This document shows positions 50,094-59,620 of a stretch of DNA of 64,000 nucleotides, one piece after another (within the stretch, counting starts at the first letter, position 1; each line of letters opens with the position of its first letter). The stretch is from Candidatus Obscuribacteraceae bacterium (GTDB taxonomy: Bacteria; Cyanobacteriota; Vampirovibrionia; Obscuribacterales; Obscuribacteraceae): assembly GCA_044229845.1 (NCBI GenBank), contig JBGASG010000002.1, positions 192,001-256,000 on the forward strand, read 5' to 3'. The notes under the pieces are model-generated. The model saw nothing but the letters and a program-made list of their open reading frames with translations, was not told where the DNA came from and did no database searches. Made by a program: the position numbers and the translations under genes.

Positions 50094-50576
50094 ATGAAGA
50101 GCGGCGCCACATTCGATAGAAGTCAGAAGTATCGCTACCTCCTTTGGAGGGAGTGGGACCGCGCTAAGCCGTCGTGCGTTTTCATCATGCTCAATCCCAG
50201 CACCGCCGATGCCACCAAAAACGATCCGACAATTCGGCGCGCAATGTCGTTCGCGGAGCAGTTCGGATTCGGGCGCTTCGAAGCAGTCAATCTCTTCGCG
50301 TATCGAGCAACGGACAGCAGTACTCTGGCGCGTGTGCGCAACCCGGTCGGGCGGGACAACGACAGTTTCATTCTTGAAAGCATCGATCGGTGCGACGAGT
50401 GTTTTGTCGCATGGGGAAATCATGGAGCACTGCGCGAACGCAGCCGGATGGTGTTGAATCTGATTCCGGCGACCACGACTTTGAAGTGCCTGGGCGTCAA
50501 CAAGTCGGGCGAACCGAAGCACCCGCTCTACTTGCCAACTGAAACTCAGATTCTCAAATTCACCCGCATCTCCTGA
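50094..50576 (+). CDS. DUF1643 domain protein
   Basis: YRYLLWREW, FIMLNPSTAD, DPTIRR, NLFAYRAT, AWG, PKHPLY. Confidence 0.92.
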   Translation: MKSGATFDRSQKYRYLLWREWDRAKPSCVFIMLNPSTADATKNDPTIRRAMSFAEQFGFGRFEAVNLFAYRATDSSTLARVRNPVGRDNDSFILESIDRCDECFVAWGNHGALRERSRMVLNLIPATTTLKCLGVNKSGEPKHPLYLPTETQILKFTRIS

Positions 50577-50582
50577 AAACCG

Positions 50583-50697
50583 AAGCGATATCGTTTGAGG
50601 TTGCCGCTCCGAGCTGAAGTGATATCACTTCAGTTTCGGCAAACTGCGGCCCATGGATTGGGCGTTTCGGGGAAATGCTCAAGCGATATCGCTTGAG
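50583..50697. repeat. Three palindromes with core AAGYGATATCRYTT
   Basis: Sites at 50583-50596, 50614-50633 (perfect 20 bp), 50678-50697 (perfect 20 bp). Confidence 0.8.
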
Positions 50698-50855
50698 GTT
50701 TGAGGCAAACACAGTAGACAAGGTTCCTTTTACCCGGATAAAAAGATAGCCGCCGAGCAATTGCTCCGATCATCTTTGCAAGCTTCACGAATCAAGGAAT
50801 AGACACCCTATATACTGTCGGGGTTTTCGAAAACTCTGCCTCCGAGGTATAGGTC

Positions 50856-52202
50856 ATGCCAGTCAGTTCTCCGGTGACGCTGCGGGACATCGATCGGGAT
50901 CATCATCTGCACCCCTTCACGAATCATGCCGAGATGCATGAAAAGGGAACCCACATCATCGAGTCAGCCGATGGTGTGTGGGTGACGAACGTCGAAGGAC
51001 GCAAACTGCTGGACGGCATGGCGGGCTTGTGGTGCGTCAACGTCGGATACGGCTGCAAACCGATCATCGACGCCGTGCACGCGCAAATGCAGAAGATGGC
51101 GTACTACACCAGTTTCTTCAACAGCACCACTCCGCCGACAATTGAATTGACCGGACGACTGGCGGCGCTGGCACCAGCAAATTTAAAGTACACATTTTTC
51201 AGTAACTCCGGTTCGGAGGCCAATGAGACGGCCCTGAAGTTCATTCGTGCGTACTATCACATCAAAGGGCAACCGAAAAAACAAAAAATCGTCAGCCGCA
51301 AATATGCGTACCATGGCGTCACGCTGGCAACAGCAAGCGTAACCGGCTTGGCACCGCTGCATGGCCTATTCGATTTGCCTCTGCCGCAGTTCATCCACGC
51401 TCCCGCGCCGTACCCGTGGGGCGAGAACAGCGACATGAGCCAGGAAGAATACGGCAAGTGGTGCTTGCAAGAAACCGCCAAGCTGATCGAACGCGAGGAC
51501 CCGGAAACCATCGCCGCAATCTTTGCGGAACCGGTGCAGGGCGCAGGTGGTGTCATTCCTCCGCCGCCCGGTTACCTCGCCGGTCTACGCAGTTTGGCCA
51601 GCGAGTACAACTTGTTGTTCGTCGCCGATGAAGTAATCACAGGCTTCGGTCGTCTGGGCGATTGGTTCGCCAGCAAATTGTGGGACCTGAAGCCCGACAT
51701 CATGACCCTCGCGAAAGGCTTGACCAGCGGATACATCCCCATGGGTGCCACCATGGTCAGTGCCGAGATCGGCGACACAATTATCAATGGCGGCAGCTTC
51801 ACGCATGGCTTCACGTACAGCGGACATCCGGTAGCCGCTGCCGCCGCGCTGGCGGCGATAGATTACACGGAGAAGGAAAACCTGATCGGTCGCGTACGAG
51901 ATGATGTCGGTCCCTATATGCAGGATAAGTTGAAGAAACTAGCTGCGCACAAGGTGGTCGGCGAAGTGCGCGGGCACGGATTGATCGGCGCAATCGAAGT
52001 GGTGCCGCGCGGCGGCAAGGCGGAACTGAAACCCGATGCTTACCTGGGTTTCAAGCTGCAAGCATTGTGCCGCGAAGAAGGCGTGATTGTGCGCGGCATT
52101 CGCAATATGGTGGCAGTATCGCCGCCGCTGGTGATCACGCGCGATGAGATCGACAAGTTGTTCGAGGGCATCGAACGCGGACTCGACCGCTTCTGGGATT
52201 AG
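50856..52202 (+). CDS. Class III PLP aminotransferase (polyamine/omega-amine:pyruvate, SpuC-like)
   Basis: HPFT, GLWCVNVGY, SGSEAN, DEVITGFGR, AKGLTSGY. Confidence 0.92.
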   Translation: MPVSSPVTLRDIDRDHHLHPFTNHAEMHEKGTHIIESADGVWVTNVEGRKLLDGMAGLWCVNVGYGCKPIIDAVHAQMQKMAYYTSFFNSTTPPTIELTGRLAALAPANLKYTFFSNSGSEANETALKFIRAYYHIKGQPKKQKIVSRKYAYHGVTLATASVTGLAPLHGLFDLPLPQFIHAPAPYPWGENSDMSQEEYGKWCLQETAKLIEREDPETIAAIFAEPVQGAGGVIPPPPGYLAGLRSLASEYNLLFVADEVITGFGRLGDWFASKLWDLKPDIMTLAKGLTSGYIPMGATMVSAEIGDTIINGGSFTHGFTYSGHPVAAAAALAAIDYTEKENLIGRVRDDVGPYMQDKLKKLAAHKVVGEVRGHGLIGAIEVVPRGGKAELKPDAYLGFKLQALCREEGVIVRGIRNMVAVSPPLVITRDEIDKLFEGIERGLDRFWD

Positions 52203-52294
52203 CCGGATAACAGGCTGGTTTCGGCTCATTATTAGTGATTCATAGGACACGGCGGCGCGATCAGCGGATGGGCGTCCCGGCGTATCATTGCGGC

Positions 52295-53977
52295 ATGATG
52301 AATGAATTCGATACCATCATTGTCGGCGGCGGGTCGGCAGGGTGCGTCCTCGCCAATAGATTGAGCGCGGAGCCGTCACACAAAGTGCTCGTTTTGGAGG
52401 CGGGGCGCCCGGACTCGTTCTGGGACATCTTCATCCACATGCCGGCAGGGCTCATGCACCCGCTTGGTAATCGCCATTATGACTGGTGCTACAAGTCTGA
52501 GCCGGAGCCCTTCATGAACGGGCGCCAGATTGCGCACGCTCGCGGCAAGTTGTTAGGTGGGTCCAGCTCCATCAACGGCATGATATTCATCCGCGGCAAC
52601 CCGATGGACTACCAGAAGTGGGCGCGCGATCCGGGCATGCAAGCCTGGGATTACCAGCACTGCCTGCCGTATTTCATGCGTTCTGAAACCCGCATGGCAG
52701 GCGCCGATCAGTTTCACGGCGGGCAAGGTCCCCTGGTTCTCGAACCGGGGCCGTGCACCAATCCGCTGTTCAAAGCGTTCTTCGAAGCAACACAACAAGC
52801 GGGCCATCCGTTGACAAGCGACGTTAATGGCGCGCAGCAAGAGGGCTTCGGTGTCTTCGATCGCAACATCAAAAAAGGGCACCGCTTCTCCGCTCCTAAA
52901 GCGTACCTGCCTCGCGAAGTCAAAGAGCGCGCTAATCTAACCATCCACTGCCGCGCTTTCACCCGCCGCATTCTTTTCGAAGGAAATCGAGCCGTCGGTG
53001 TCGAATACGAGAAGGACGGCAGGATTGCAGTCGCGCGCGCCCGCGAAATCGTGTGTTGCGGCGGCGCCATCAACTCGCCGCAGTTGTTGCAACTCTCCGG
53101 AGTCGGCAATGCGCGCGACCTGATCAATCTGGAGATTCCAGTCGTCGAACACTTGCCCGGCGTCGGTGAAAACCTGCAGGACCACCTGGAGGTCTACATC
53201 CAGTACGCATGCAAACAACCGGTCAGCATGATTCCTGCCACCAAGTGGTGGAACGCACCATGGATCGGATTCCAATGGCTCTTCTTCCGTTCGGGACCGG
53301 CTGCCACCAATCATTTTGAAGCCGGCGGTTTCATTCGCAGCAACGATGAAGTCGAATACCCGAATCTGCAGTTTCACTTCTTGCCCCTCTCGGTCAGGTA
53401 CGACGGCACTTCGCCTTCGACCGGGCACGGATACCAGGTGCACGTCGGACCGATGAATTCCGATGCGCGCGGCTCGATCAAAATCAAGTCGACCGATCCG
53501 CACCAACATCCGGCGCTGCGCTTCAACTATCTGTCGACGGCGCAGGATCGTCGCGAGTGGGTGGAAGCGGTGCGTTGCGCGCGGCACATTCTCAATCAAC
53601 CGGCAATGGATGATTTCAACGCCGGCGAAACCTCTCCCGGACCCGACATTCAATCTGATCAAGACATCCTCGATTGGGTGGCGCGCGACGGCGAGACGGC
53701 GCTGCATCCCAGCGGCACATGCAAAATGGGTGTGGACGAGATGGCGGTTATCGACCCGAAGACGATGCGGGTGCACGGCGTCGAAGGACTGCGTGTCGTC
53801 GATGCATCGCTGATTCCCCACATCACCAACGGCAATCTCTACGCGCCGGTAATGATGATCGCCGAGAAAGCCGCCGACATTATTTTAGGCAACACGCCGC
53901 TCGCACCGATGGCGGTGCCCTACTACCGACACGTGAGTGAGCGTGATCTAGCACTGACACTCTCGGGGCGAAGATAG
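52295..53977 (+). CDS. betA: Choline dehydrogenase (GMC oxidoreductase)
   Basis: [42 protein letters not shown]. Confidence 0.88.
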   Translation: MMNEFDTIIVGGGSAGCVLANRLSAEPSHKVLVLEAGRPDSFWDIFIHMPAGLMHPLGNRHYDWCYKSEPEPFMNGRQIAHARGKLLGGSSSINGMIFIRGNPMDYQKWARDPGMQAWDYQHCLPYFMRSETRMAGADQFHGGQGPLVLEPGPCTNPLFKAFFEATQQAGHPLTSDVNGAQQEGFGVFDRNIKKGHRFSAPKAYLPREVKERANLTIHCRAFTRRILFEGNRAVGVEYEKDGRIAVARAREIVCCGGAINSPQLLQLSGVGNARDLINLEIPVVEHLPGVGENLQDHLEVYIQYACKQPVSMIPATKWWNAPWIGFQWLFFRSGPAATNHFEAGGFIRSNDEVEYPNLQFHFLPLSVRYDGTSPSTGHGYQVHVGPMNSDARGSIKIKSTDPHQHPALRFNYLSTAQDRREWVEAVRCARHILNQPAMDDFNAGETSPGPDIQSDQDILDWVARDGETALHPSGTCKMGVDEMAVIDPKTMRVHGVEGLRVVDASLIPHITNGNLYAPVMMIAEKAADIILGNTPLAPMAVPYYRHVSERDLALTLSGRR

Positions 53978-53983
53978 CAACCC

Positions 53984-55072
53984 ATGTCTGCCGATCTGAT
54001 GGTCAACAGCCTGGTGTTGGTCTCCCTGCTTTTGTGGGGAGCGTGGGGCATCTTTGATAAGAAAGCGCTGGGTTACACGCAACCGGTCGGACAACTGGCG
54101 GCAGTCTATTCCTTCTCACCGTTGATGGCTGTGTTCATGGTGGCGGTGCTGTCCATGTTTCTTCCCGGCTGGAAGTTGAGCGGACACACGCTCGGGTATG
54201 AGTTTCTCGCTCAGCTTTGCTATTTCGTGGCGGTCGCCGCCTATCTGATCGCTATGTCGCGAGGCGAAGCCAGCTTGATACTGGGCGCCACAGCCAGCTA
54301 TCCGGTGGTGGCACAGGTGCTGGCCAAATTTATGCTGGGGGAACCGCTCGTGCCCGCCCGCATCATCGGATGCCTGGTGGTCGTTGCGGGTATCGTTGCC
54401 ATCAGTGGCTCCAGCTTGCCCTTGGGCAAAATCTGGAAGAAACGCTTGCCGGCGCCGGCAAGCGCATCAGATGCCTGGGGCGACGCCGTCACTGCAACAG
54501 CGCCCGCCACTGCAACTGCCCCCGTCACTGCGACTACACCCGCCACCGCGACAGCCACGCTGGTCAGACCGACCGCAACCGCAACCGCTTTCGCTGCGTC
54601 CACCACCACCATCGACCAGCGTGGCACCGCAGTCAATGTTTTGATCACCGTGGTCTGCATCGGGCTTGCCGTGTTGGGCTGGGCGCTGCGTGGCATATTC
54701 GACAAAACCGCAGTAACTCACGCGCATCCGTTCGAGGTTTATCTAGGCAAGTATGTTGCCGATTCCGTTTTCGGTGCTCTAGCCATCGGCTGGGTTCTGC
54801 ACAAGCGACGCGGCGACAAGCTGTTTCGTCGCGAGATGTGGCCGTACGCTGGCGGATCCGCCTTGTGCCTCGCCGGCGGCAGCGCGGCATACTACGTGGT
54901 GCTGTCGATGACTTCCGCCTCCTACGTGATTGCTATCACGGGCTGCTATCCACTAATAATGTATGTCCTCGCATTATGCATTCTCAAAGAGAAATTCAAC
55001 ATAACGCGAGCTTTCGGAATTGCGCTTATTACCCTTGGTGGCATCCTCACTCAAACCACTCAGGGTTCATGA
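53984..55072 (+). CDS. EamA/DMT family transporter with Ala/Thr-rich central linker
   Basis: Two repeats (WG..GIFDK ... YP...L.E), TM helices. Confidence 0.85.
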   Translation: MSADLMVNSLVLVSLLLWGAWGIFDKKALGYTQPVGQLAAVYSFSPLMAVFMVAVLSMFLPGWKLSGHTLGYEFLAQLCYFVAVAAYLIAMSRGEASLILGATASYPVVAQVLAKFMLGEPLVPARIIGCLVVVAGIVAISGSSLPLGKIWKKRLPAPASASDAWGDAVTATAPATATAPVTATTPATATATLVRPTATATAFAASTTTIDQRGTAVNVLITVVCIGLAVLGWALRGIFDKTAVTHAHPFEVYLGKYVADSVFGALAIGWVLHKRRGDKLFRREMWPYAGGSALCLAGGSAAYYVVLSMTSASYVIAITGCYPLIMYVLALCILKEKFNITRAFGIALITLGGILTQTTQGS

Positions 55073-55227
55073 TCGAGTGTCCGCCGTGGCGGACGCCCGC
55101 CGCAACGATGCAACACCGCATCGTAAAGAAGATACAGCCTAGGTAACGTAAGGTGTCGAGCAAGGCTGCCTAGCTCTTCCGTGAAATCGTGACTTGAGAT
55201 AGAAGTAGATTTGGAGGGGTTCGTTGG

Positions 55228-56058
55228 GTGAATCCAGTCTCTCAAGAAGTCCTGGCAAATGCAGCGGCAGCGATCAAGCATGCTAAAAGCTTGATTGTCA
55301 CCGCAGGCGCTGGAATGGGGGTTGACTCCGGTCTCCCCAGTTTTCGCGACGATCAAGGATTCTGGAATGCGTATCCGGAATACCAGAAGCTGGGGATGAA
55401 TTTCATGAACATCGCGAATCCGCGGCACTTCTCCGAGGATCCGCAACTGGGCTGGGGTTTTTATGGGCACCGCGCCAATCTCTATCGTGGTGCTCAACCT
55501 CACGAAGGCTTTGCCATCATTCTCGATTGGATAAAGCGCTTCGATTTGCCGTGGTTCGTTGTCACATCGAATGTCGATGGGCAATTTCAGAAAGCAGGTT
55601 TTGACGAGGAGCGTGTTGTGGAGGTTCACGGTTCCATTCACCATATGCAGTGCATGGGACCGTGCCTACCACACATCTGGCCGCACGACGAAGTGTTCGA
55701 TATAAACATGTCGAACATGCGCTCGCAGACCATTCCCAAGTGTCCGCATTGCGGTCACACCGCTCGTCCAAACATACTGATGTTCGGTGACTTCCAGTGG
55801 ATACCAACACGCAGCAATGCTCAACAAAGACGCTTTGAAAGGTTTCTTGACGGCTGTCCAAAACCGATCACTGTAGTCGAGATTGGAGCGGGACGTGCAA
55901 TTCCCACGATACGACGCGAAGGCGAGAAATTGGCGCGCGTGCATGGCGGCATAGTTGTGCGCATCAATCCGCGCGAACCGGAGATTGATGCACCGCATAT
56001 CTCAATGCCGGCCGCCGGCGCATTTACACTCGCCGAAGTGAACAAGCTGCTGAAGTAA
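55228..56058 (+). CDS. Sir2-family NAD-dependent deacylase
   Basis: GAGMGVDSGLPSFR, TSNVDG, EVHGS, CPHC, RPNIL. Confidence 0.9.
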   Translation: MNPVSQEVLANAAAAIKHAKSLIVTAGAGMGVDSGLPSFRDDQGFWNAYPEYQKLGMNFMNIANPRHFSEDPQLGWGFYGHRANLYRGAQPHEGFAIILDWIKRFDLPWFVVTSNVDGQFQKAGFDEERVVEVHGSIHHMQCMGPCLPHIWPHDEVFDINMSNMRSQTIPKCPHCGHTARPNILMFGDFQWIPTRSNAQQRRFERFLDGCPKPITVVEIGAGRAIPTIRREGEKLARVHGGIVVRINPREPEIDAPHISMPAAGAFTLAEVNKLLK

Positions 56059-56121
56059 CCACGCCAGCGGAGGAGTGCGCGGGTAGTTGCTTGCCGCCCG
56101 GGTCCCGCAATCAATTCCCGG

Positions 56122-56235
56122 TGGCCGCCATGGCGGCCAGGAGCTCGGCTGTTTTGACCGCCGGGGCGGCCAAGACTGGTGCCCGTGACCGGCGGGGCGG
56201 CCAAAACTGACTGCCGCCGGCCGCCACGGCGGTCA
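56122..56235. repeat. Four REP-like 18-bp palindromes (TGRCCGCCnnGGCGGYCA)
   Basis: Copies at 56122, 56155, 56186, 56218 separated by 13-15 bp. Confidence 0.8.
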
Positions 56236-56309
56236 CACAACAGGCGATGGTCCAATTGGAGCGATGGCTGGACCACATTACTAGACGATAAAACGACGGA
56301 GGTGGAGCA

Positions 56310-56813
56310 ATGCTCTTCCGATTCATTCTGTGTCCGCAGTGTCACGAACGTTATGCAGGACTGCGATTCAACACCGAGGCAAAATGCGCCATGTGCATCA
56401 TGCCACTGTGCTCACTTGTGTGGGACGACGAGCATCCGGAAGCCAACTTTGTCTCCGACCGTGAGGGAATACACGGCGCCTGCCGAGCCTCGATCATTCG
56501 GTTGGCAAACGCGCGCACTCAGCTCTGGAAGACCGGTGCGATTCCGCCCGATTGCCGCGAATTGTGGAACGAAGCACGTCAGACATTGCCGGATTGGCCA
56601 GGCTTTCACAGATTGAATTTAAACGCTGACGAGCAACAGTCTCTGCGTATGTGTGCCGAAGAACTTGATGACATGATGGGCGCGATCAGGGAAGACTTTC
56701 CGAATGTCACCAAAACCGATTATGGTGGCGGCTACACATCGTTCGTCGCAACGCGTGGTGGCGGTGCAGAATCTGCCACCACCGAAAAACGATGGTGGCA
56801 ATTCTGGAAATAG
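56310..56813 (+). CDS. Hypothetical protein with N-terminal CxxC pairs and C-terminal KRWWQFWK
   Basis: GGAG RBS; CPQC and CAMC. Confidence 0.7.
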   Translation: MLFRFILCPQCHERYAGLRFNTEAKCAMCIMPLCSLVWDDEHPEANFVSDREGIHGACRASIIRLANARTQLWKTGAIPPDCRELWNEARQTLPDWPGFHRLNLNADEQQSLRMCAEELDDMMGAIREDFPNVTKTDYGGGYTSFVATRGGGAESATTEKRWWQFWK

Positions 56814-56828
56814 ACGCGGAGGCAACCA

Positions 56829-56905
56829 TGGCGGCGCCAGCGGGATTCGAACCCGCGATCTTCGCGCTGACAACGCGACATCCTAGGCCACTGAACGATG
56901 GCGCC
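56829..56905 (-). tRNA. tRNA-Asp(GTC)
   Basis: Acceptor GGCGCCA/TGGCGCC + GCCA, anticodon arm TCGCG-TTGTCAG-CGCGA, T arm GCGGG-TTCGAAT-CCCGC. Confidence 0.92.
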
Positions 56906-56931
56906 CAGATGGTTACCTCCGCGAGATAAAT

Positions 56932-57003
56932 CAGGGCAGACGGGAATTGAACCCGTGTTTCCAGGTTGAAAATCTGGCGTCCTAACCGTTAGACGACAGC
57001 CCC
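56932..57003 (-). tRNA. tRNA-Glu(TTC), atypical, no encoded CCA
   Basis: Anticodon arm CCAGA-TTTTCAA-CCTGG, T arm ACGGG-TTCAATT-CCCGT; one mismatch each in acceptor and anticodon stems. Confidence 0.8.
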
Positions 57004-57033
57004 TGAAGAGCCAGGTCGCACACGAATCTAGGA

Positions 57034-57138
57034 CTAGCGCTCGATATAGTCATGATCCAGCAGCTGCACTGCGGCGCGCGCATCCGACCAGCAGGGCAGC
57101 TGGCTATCGATGCATGGCAGGTGTAGGTGGCGGAACAT
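57034..57138 (-). CDS. Putative 34-aa leader peptide upstream of the tRNAs
   Basis: GAGGT RBS then MFRHLHLPCIDSQLPCWSDARAAVQLLDHDYIER*. Confidence 0.4.
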   Translation of the reverse strand: MFRHLHLPCIDSQLPCWSDARAAVQLLDHDYIER

Positions 57139-57186
57139 GAGATTGACCTCTGAATAAAAACGCGCGGTGTTGCCGCGCTTGTATTG

Positions 57187-57216
57187 ATACTAACTGCGGC
57201 ACGACAGTTCTGTCAA
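57187..57216 (-). promoter_or_regulatory. Sigma70-type promoter for the tRNA transcript
   Basis: TTGACA-N18-TAGTAT on the minus strand. Confidence 0.6.
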
Positions 57217-57241
57217 GCGAGTCCTGCCTGTCGTACAATAG

Positions 57242-58102
57242 GTGTTCAGGAGCGAACAGGATCTGCACATTGTGAACACGAGACGCTTATTTGAATGGGC
57301 GATATCAGCTCTGGTAGCGGTTTCGGTCGGCAGTGCGTGCGGTCCGGAATTGGCGGGCGCAGCCGATTCAAATGCCGACTTCAAGAATAAAATACTTAAC
57401 GGCACGTGCTGCGTCCCGAATTTGAGCAGCGGATATCGGCCGGTGACATTGGTGAACGGAAAGTACAAGAAGACCGACGAAAACGGAAACACGATCACAA
57501 TTCAACTCGGCGACAAGTTTTTATTCGGCACCATGGATAAAACACCGGTCGCGATCGCGGTGCTATATGACTGCGAAGGCGGCAGCGGCAACTTTGGTAG
57601 CCTGATGCTTTTCGAATTGACGGATGGACGCGCCGTCACAATCGGTTCACGAGCCATCGGTGATCGTGCCATCGTCCGATCGCTAACTATGGTCGGCGAC
57701 AAAATCAAAATCGTGAGCGAGGAATCAATTGGATTGCAGGCAGGCAAGCAACGCACCGAGGTCATCAAACGCACTGATTTCGATCCCGCTGAGTGCCTCG
57801 AGCAACCCTTGACTCCATCCATGCTTGAAGACGTAAAAGCACTGATGAACATCTATAACGTCATCACAGATAAGCAACCGGATCTGAGCACCGAGAAAAA
57901 ACAGAAAGCGCTGGAAATTTGCAAGAAGCACGAGAACGATCAAAGTTACTTCGCTAGAGCATTTCGCTTGACCTTATCCGCGGAAGGTTGGGCACCCGGT
58001 CCAACTCCACTTATATATGATGCGGCTGGTAATCCGAGCTTCAAGATCGACGACAACGTCAGCAAGTTTCACCGGACAATAAACCTCGCCGAAGAGAAAT
58101 AA
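57242..58102 (+). CDS. Secreted hypothetical protein
   Basis: Signal-like segment, GGSGNF, IGDR; start may be GTG 57272. Confidence 0.7.
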   Translation: MFRSEQDLHIVNTRRLFEWAISALVAVSVGSACGPELAGAADSNADFKNKILNGTCCVPNLSSGYRPVTLVNGKYKKTDENGNTITIQLGDKFLFGTMDKTPVAIAVLYDCEGGSGNFGSLMLFELTDGRAVTIGSRAIGDRAIVRSLTMVGDKIKIVSEESIGLQAGKQRTEVIKRTDFDPAECLEQPLTPSMLEDVKALMNIYNVITDKQPDLSTEKKQKALEICKKHENDQSYFARAFRLTLSAEGWAPGPTPLIYDAAGNPSFKIDDNVSKFHRTINLAEEK

Positions 58103-58194
58103 CTTGTCAGATCCCGCCACCTGACATCACGAGCGGTGCGATCTTCATATGCTCATCGATATACAATTTGGCAGTTCAGTCGGAGGAGCGCCCC

Positions 58195-59466
58195 ATGCGC
58201 AGGTTTCTCACAGGAGCCATAGTTCTCTCCCTCTTCGCAAACGGCAGTGCAGCCAATGCGCAGAACTTCAAAAAGGATGAGACCGTCTACTTCAAATACT
58301 TCGATCAATGGCGCGAAGCTCGAGTTGCGCGCGATGAGAAGCCGGGAGAAGGTGGAGTTACAGTACTCATAAAGAATGCTCTCACCGGGCAATGGGACGG
58401 CGACAGCAGATGGGAAGCCGATGCCGAACTTCATCGTGAACGTCCGGCCGACTTCGACCCAGAAGGGTATGGCAACAGCGACAAGGGAATGCAGGGGCAA
58501 ATCAAAGACGCGCAATTCCAGCCCGGTCAACTGGTGAACTTCCAGCACGGCGGCGCTCCCCAGGATGGAGTTGTCGTCCGGCAGGACAAAGATGGAGTCC
58601 TCGTCAAATTCCGCAATTGGGCAACCGGAAAATTCGATGGTGACTTCCAGGCGTACTATCCTGCTAATGCGCTCAAACTGGGAGCGATTCAGCAGGGCGC
58701 GCCGAACGTCGCGGTGAACCCGCAACCGCAGCCCAATCCCGCCGCAAATCCACAGCCCAATCCCGCCGCAAATCCGCAGCCCAATCCCGCTGCAAATCCA
58801 CAGCCGGCTCAGTGGCAACCGGGACAAGGGTTCGAGCCGCCGCTCAATTTATTGCCGCAAGTCAATCCCGGTGCGGCACTCACCGCCAACGAAGTGCTCA
58901 AATTCCTGGATGAGAAACTCGGACCCGATCCGTTCGCACCTGGCGATGCAGTGCGCCAGACAGTCTTCAAAGAACTGGAAGCCATGGCGATGAAGCGCGG
59001 TGTGAATTTTACCTACGACGTCAACAAAGGCATGCAAGATCCCTTCTATGGACCATTCATGAAATATGGTGCGCCCAACAGCGTGAAGGATGCACTGAAA
59101 GAAAATCTCGGAGTTCCGGTTCAGAACCTCGATTTCTTCCACGGCAATTTCGTGACGTCGGTCACGCCCACCGGCAACCCGCAGGACACAACAATTGACG
59201 GGCAATTGAGAATTGGTCCTAACAACACCTACACCTGGCAGTATGGCGAGCAGACACTGGAAGGAAGATGGCGCGAAGCCACCGAACTAGAAATGAATCA
59301 ATCCCACAAAGGTGGCAAAGGCGTAGTGCTTCTCGATGCGAAGAGTGGACGAGACTGGATCGTCTACGAAGACGACGGCGACGGAGACGGCGCAGGCAAG
59401 AACAATATCTATGTCGCCGACTTGAAAGAACGCAAGAGTCCCGAGCGTGCCACCAAACTGCCTTGA
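58195..59466 (+). CDS. Secreted protein with two Tudor-like repeats and NPQPNPAA linker
   Basis: GGAGG RBS, signal peptide, duplicated N..TG..DGD motif, 24-bp tandem repeats near 58720-58806. Confidence 0.75.
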   Translation: MRRFLTGAIVLSLFANGSAANAQNFKKDETVYFKYFDQWREARVARDEKPGEGGVTVLIKNALTGQWDGDSRWEADAELHRERPADFDPEGYGNSDKGMQGQIKDAQFQPGQLVNFQHGGAPQDGVVVRQDKDGVLVKFRNWATGKFDGDFQAYYPANALKLGAIQQGAPNVAVNPQPQPNPAANPQPNPAANPQPNPAANPQPAQWQPGQGFEPPLNLLPQVNPGAALTANEVLKFLDEKLGPDPFAPGDAVRQTVFKELEAMAMKRGVNFTYDVNKGMQDPFYGPFMKYGAPNSVKDALKENLGVPVQNLDFFHGNFVTSVTPTGNPQDTTIDGQLRIGPNNTYTWQYGEQTLEGRWREATELEMNQSHKGGKGVVLLDAKSGRDWIVYEDDGDGDGAGKNNIYVADLKERKSPERATKLP

Positions 59467-59620
59467 TCAAGGCCCTACTTCGAGTGACGTGCTCCGATTA
59501 AAACTTCGGCTGCGACCCGGCTATCCGGATCTATTGAGCATAGGATTAGCTACAATTGGAACTTCGCGCCGACACAGTGACAAGAGAAGAACAAGAGCCA
59601 ACAGGAGGGAGGACGCTAAC

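Noticed and set aside
52937..53821. 294-aa minus-strand ORF
   Set aside because: Antisense shadow of betA
54217..55146. 309-aa alternative-frame ORF
   Set aside because: Arg/His-rich shadow of the EamA gene
55228..56058. Sir2-based defence system
   Set aside because: Standard zinc-binding sirtuin with no defence partner gene nearby
56122..56235. CRISPR array
   Set aside because: Repeats are 18 bp and variable, spacers only 13-15 bp, no cas genes
56704..56886. 60-aa ORF
   Set aside because: Overlaps tRNA-Asp and a better CDS in another frame
56829..57003. Integration site for an island or prophage at the tRNAs
   Set aside because: No integrase, phage genes or duplicated tRNA 3' end seen in the window
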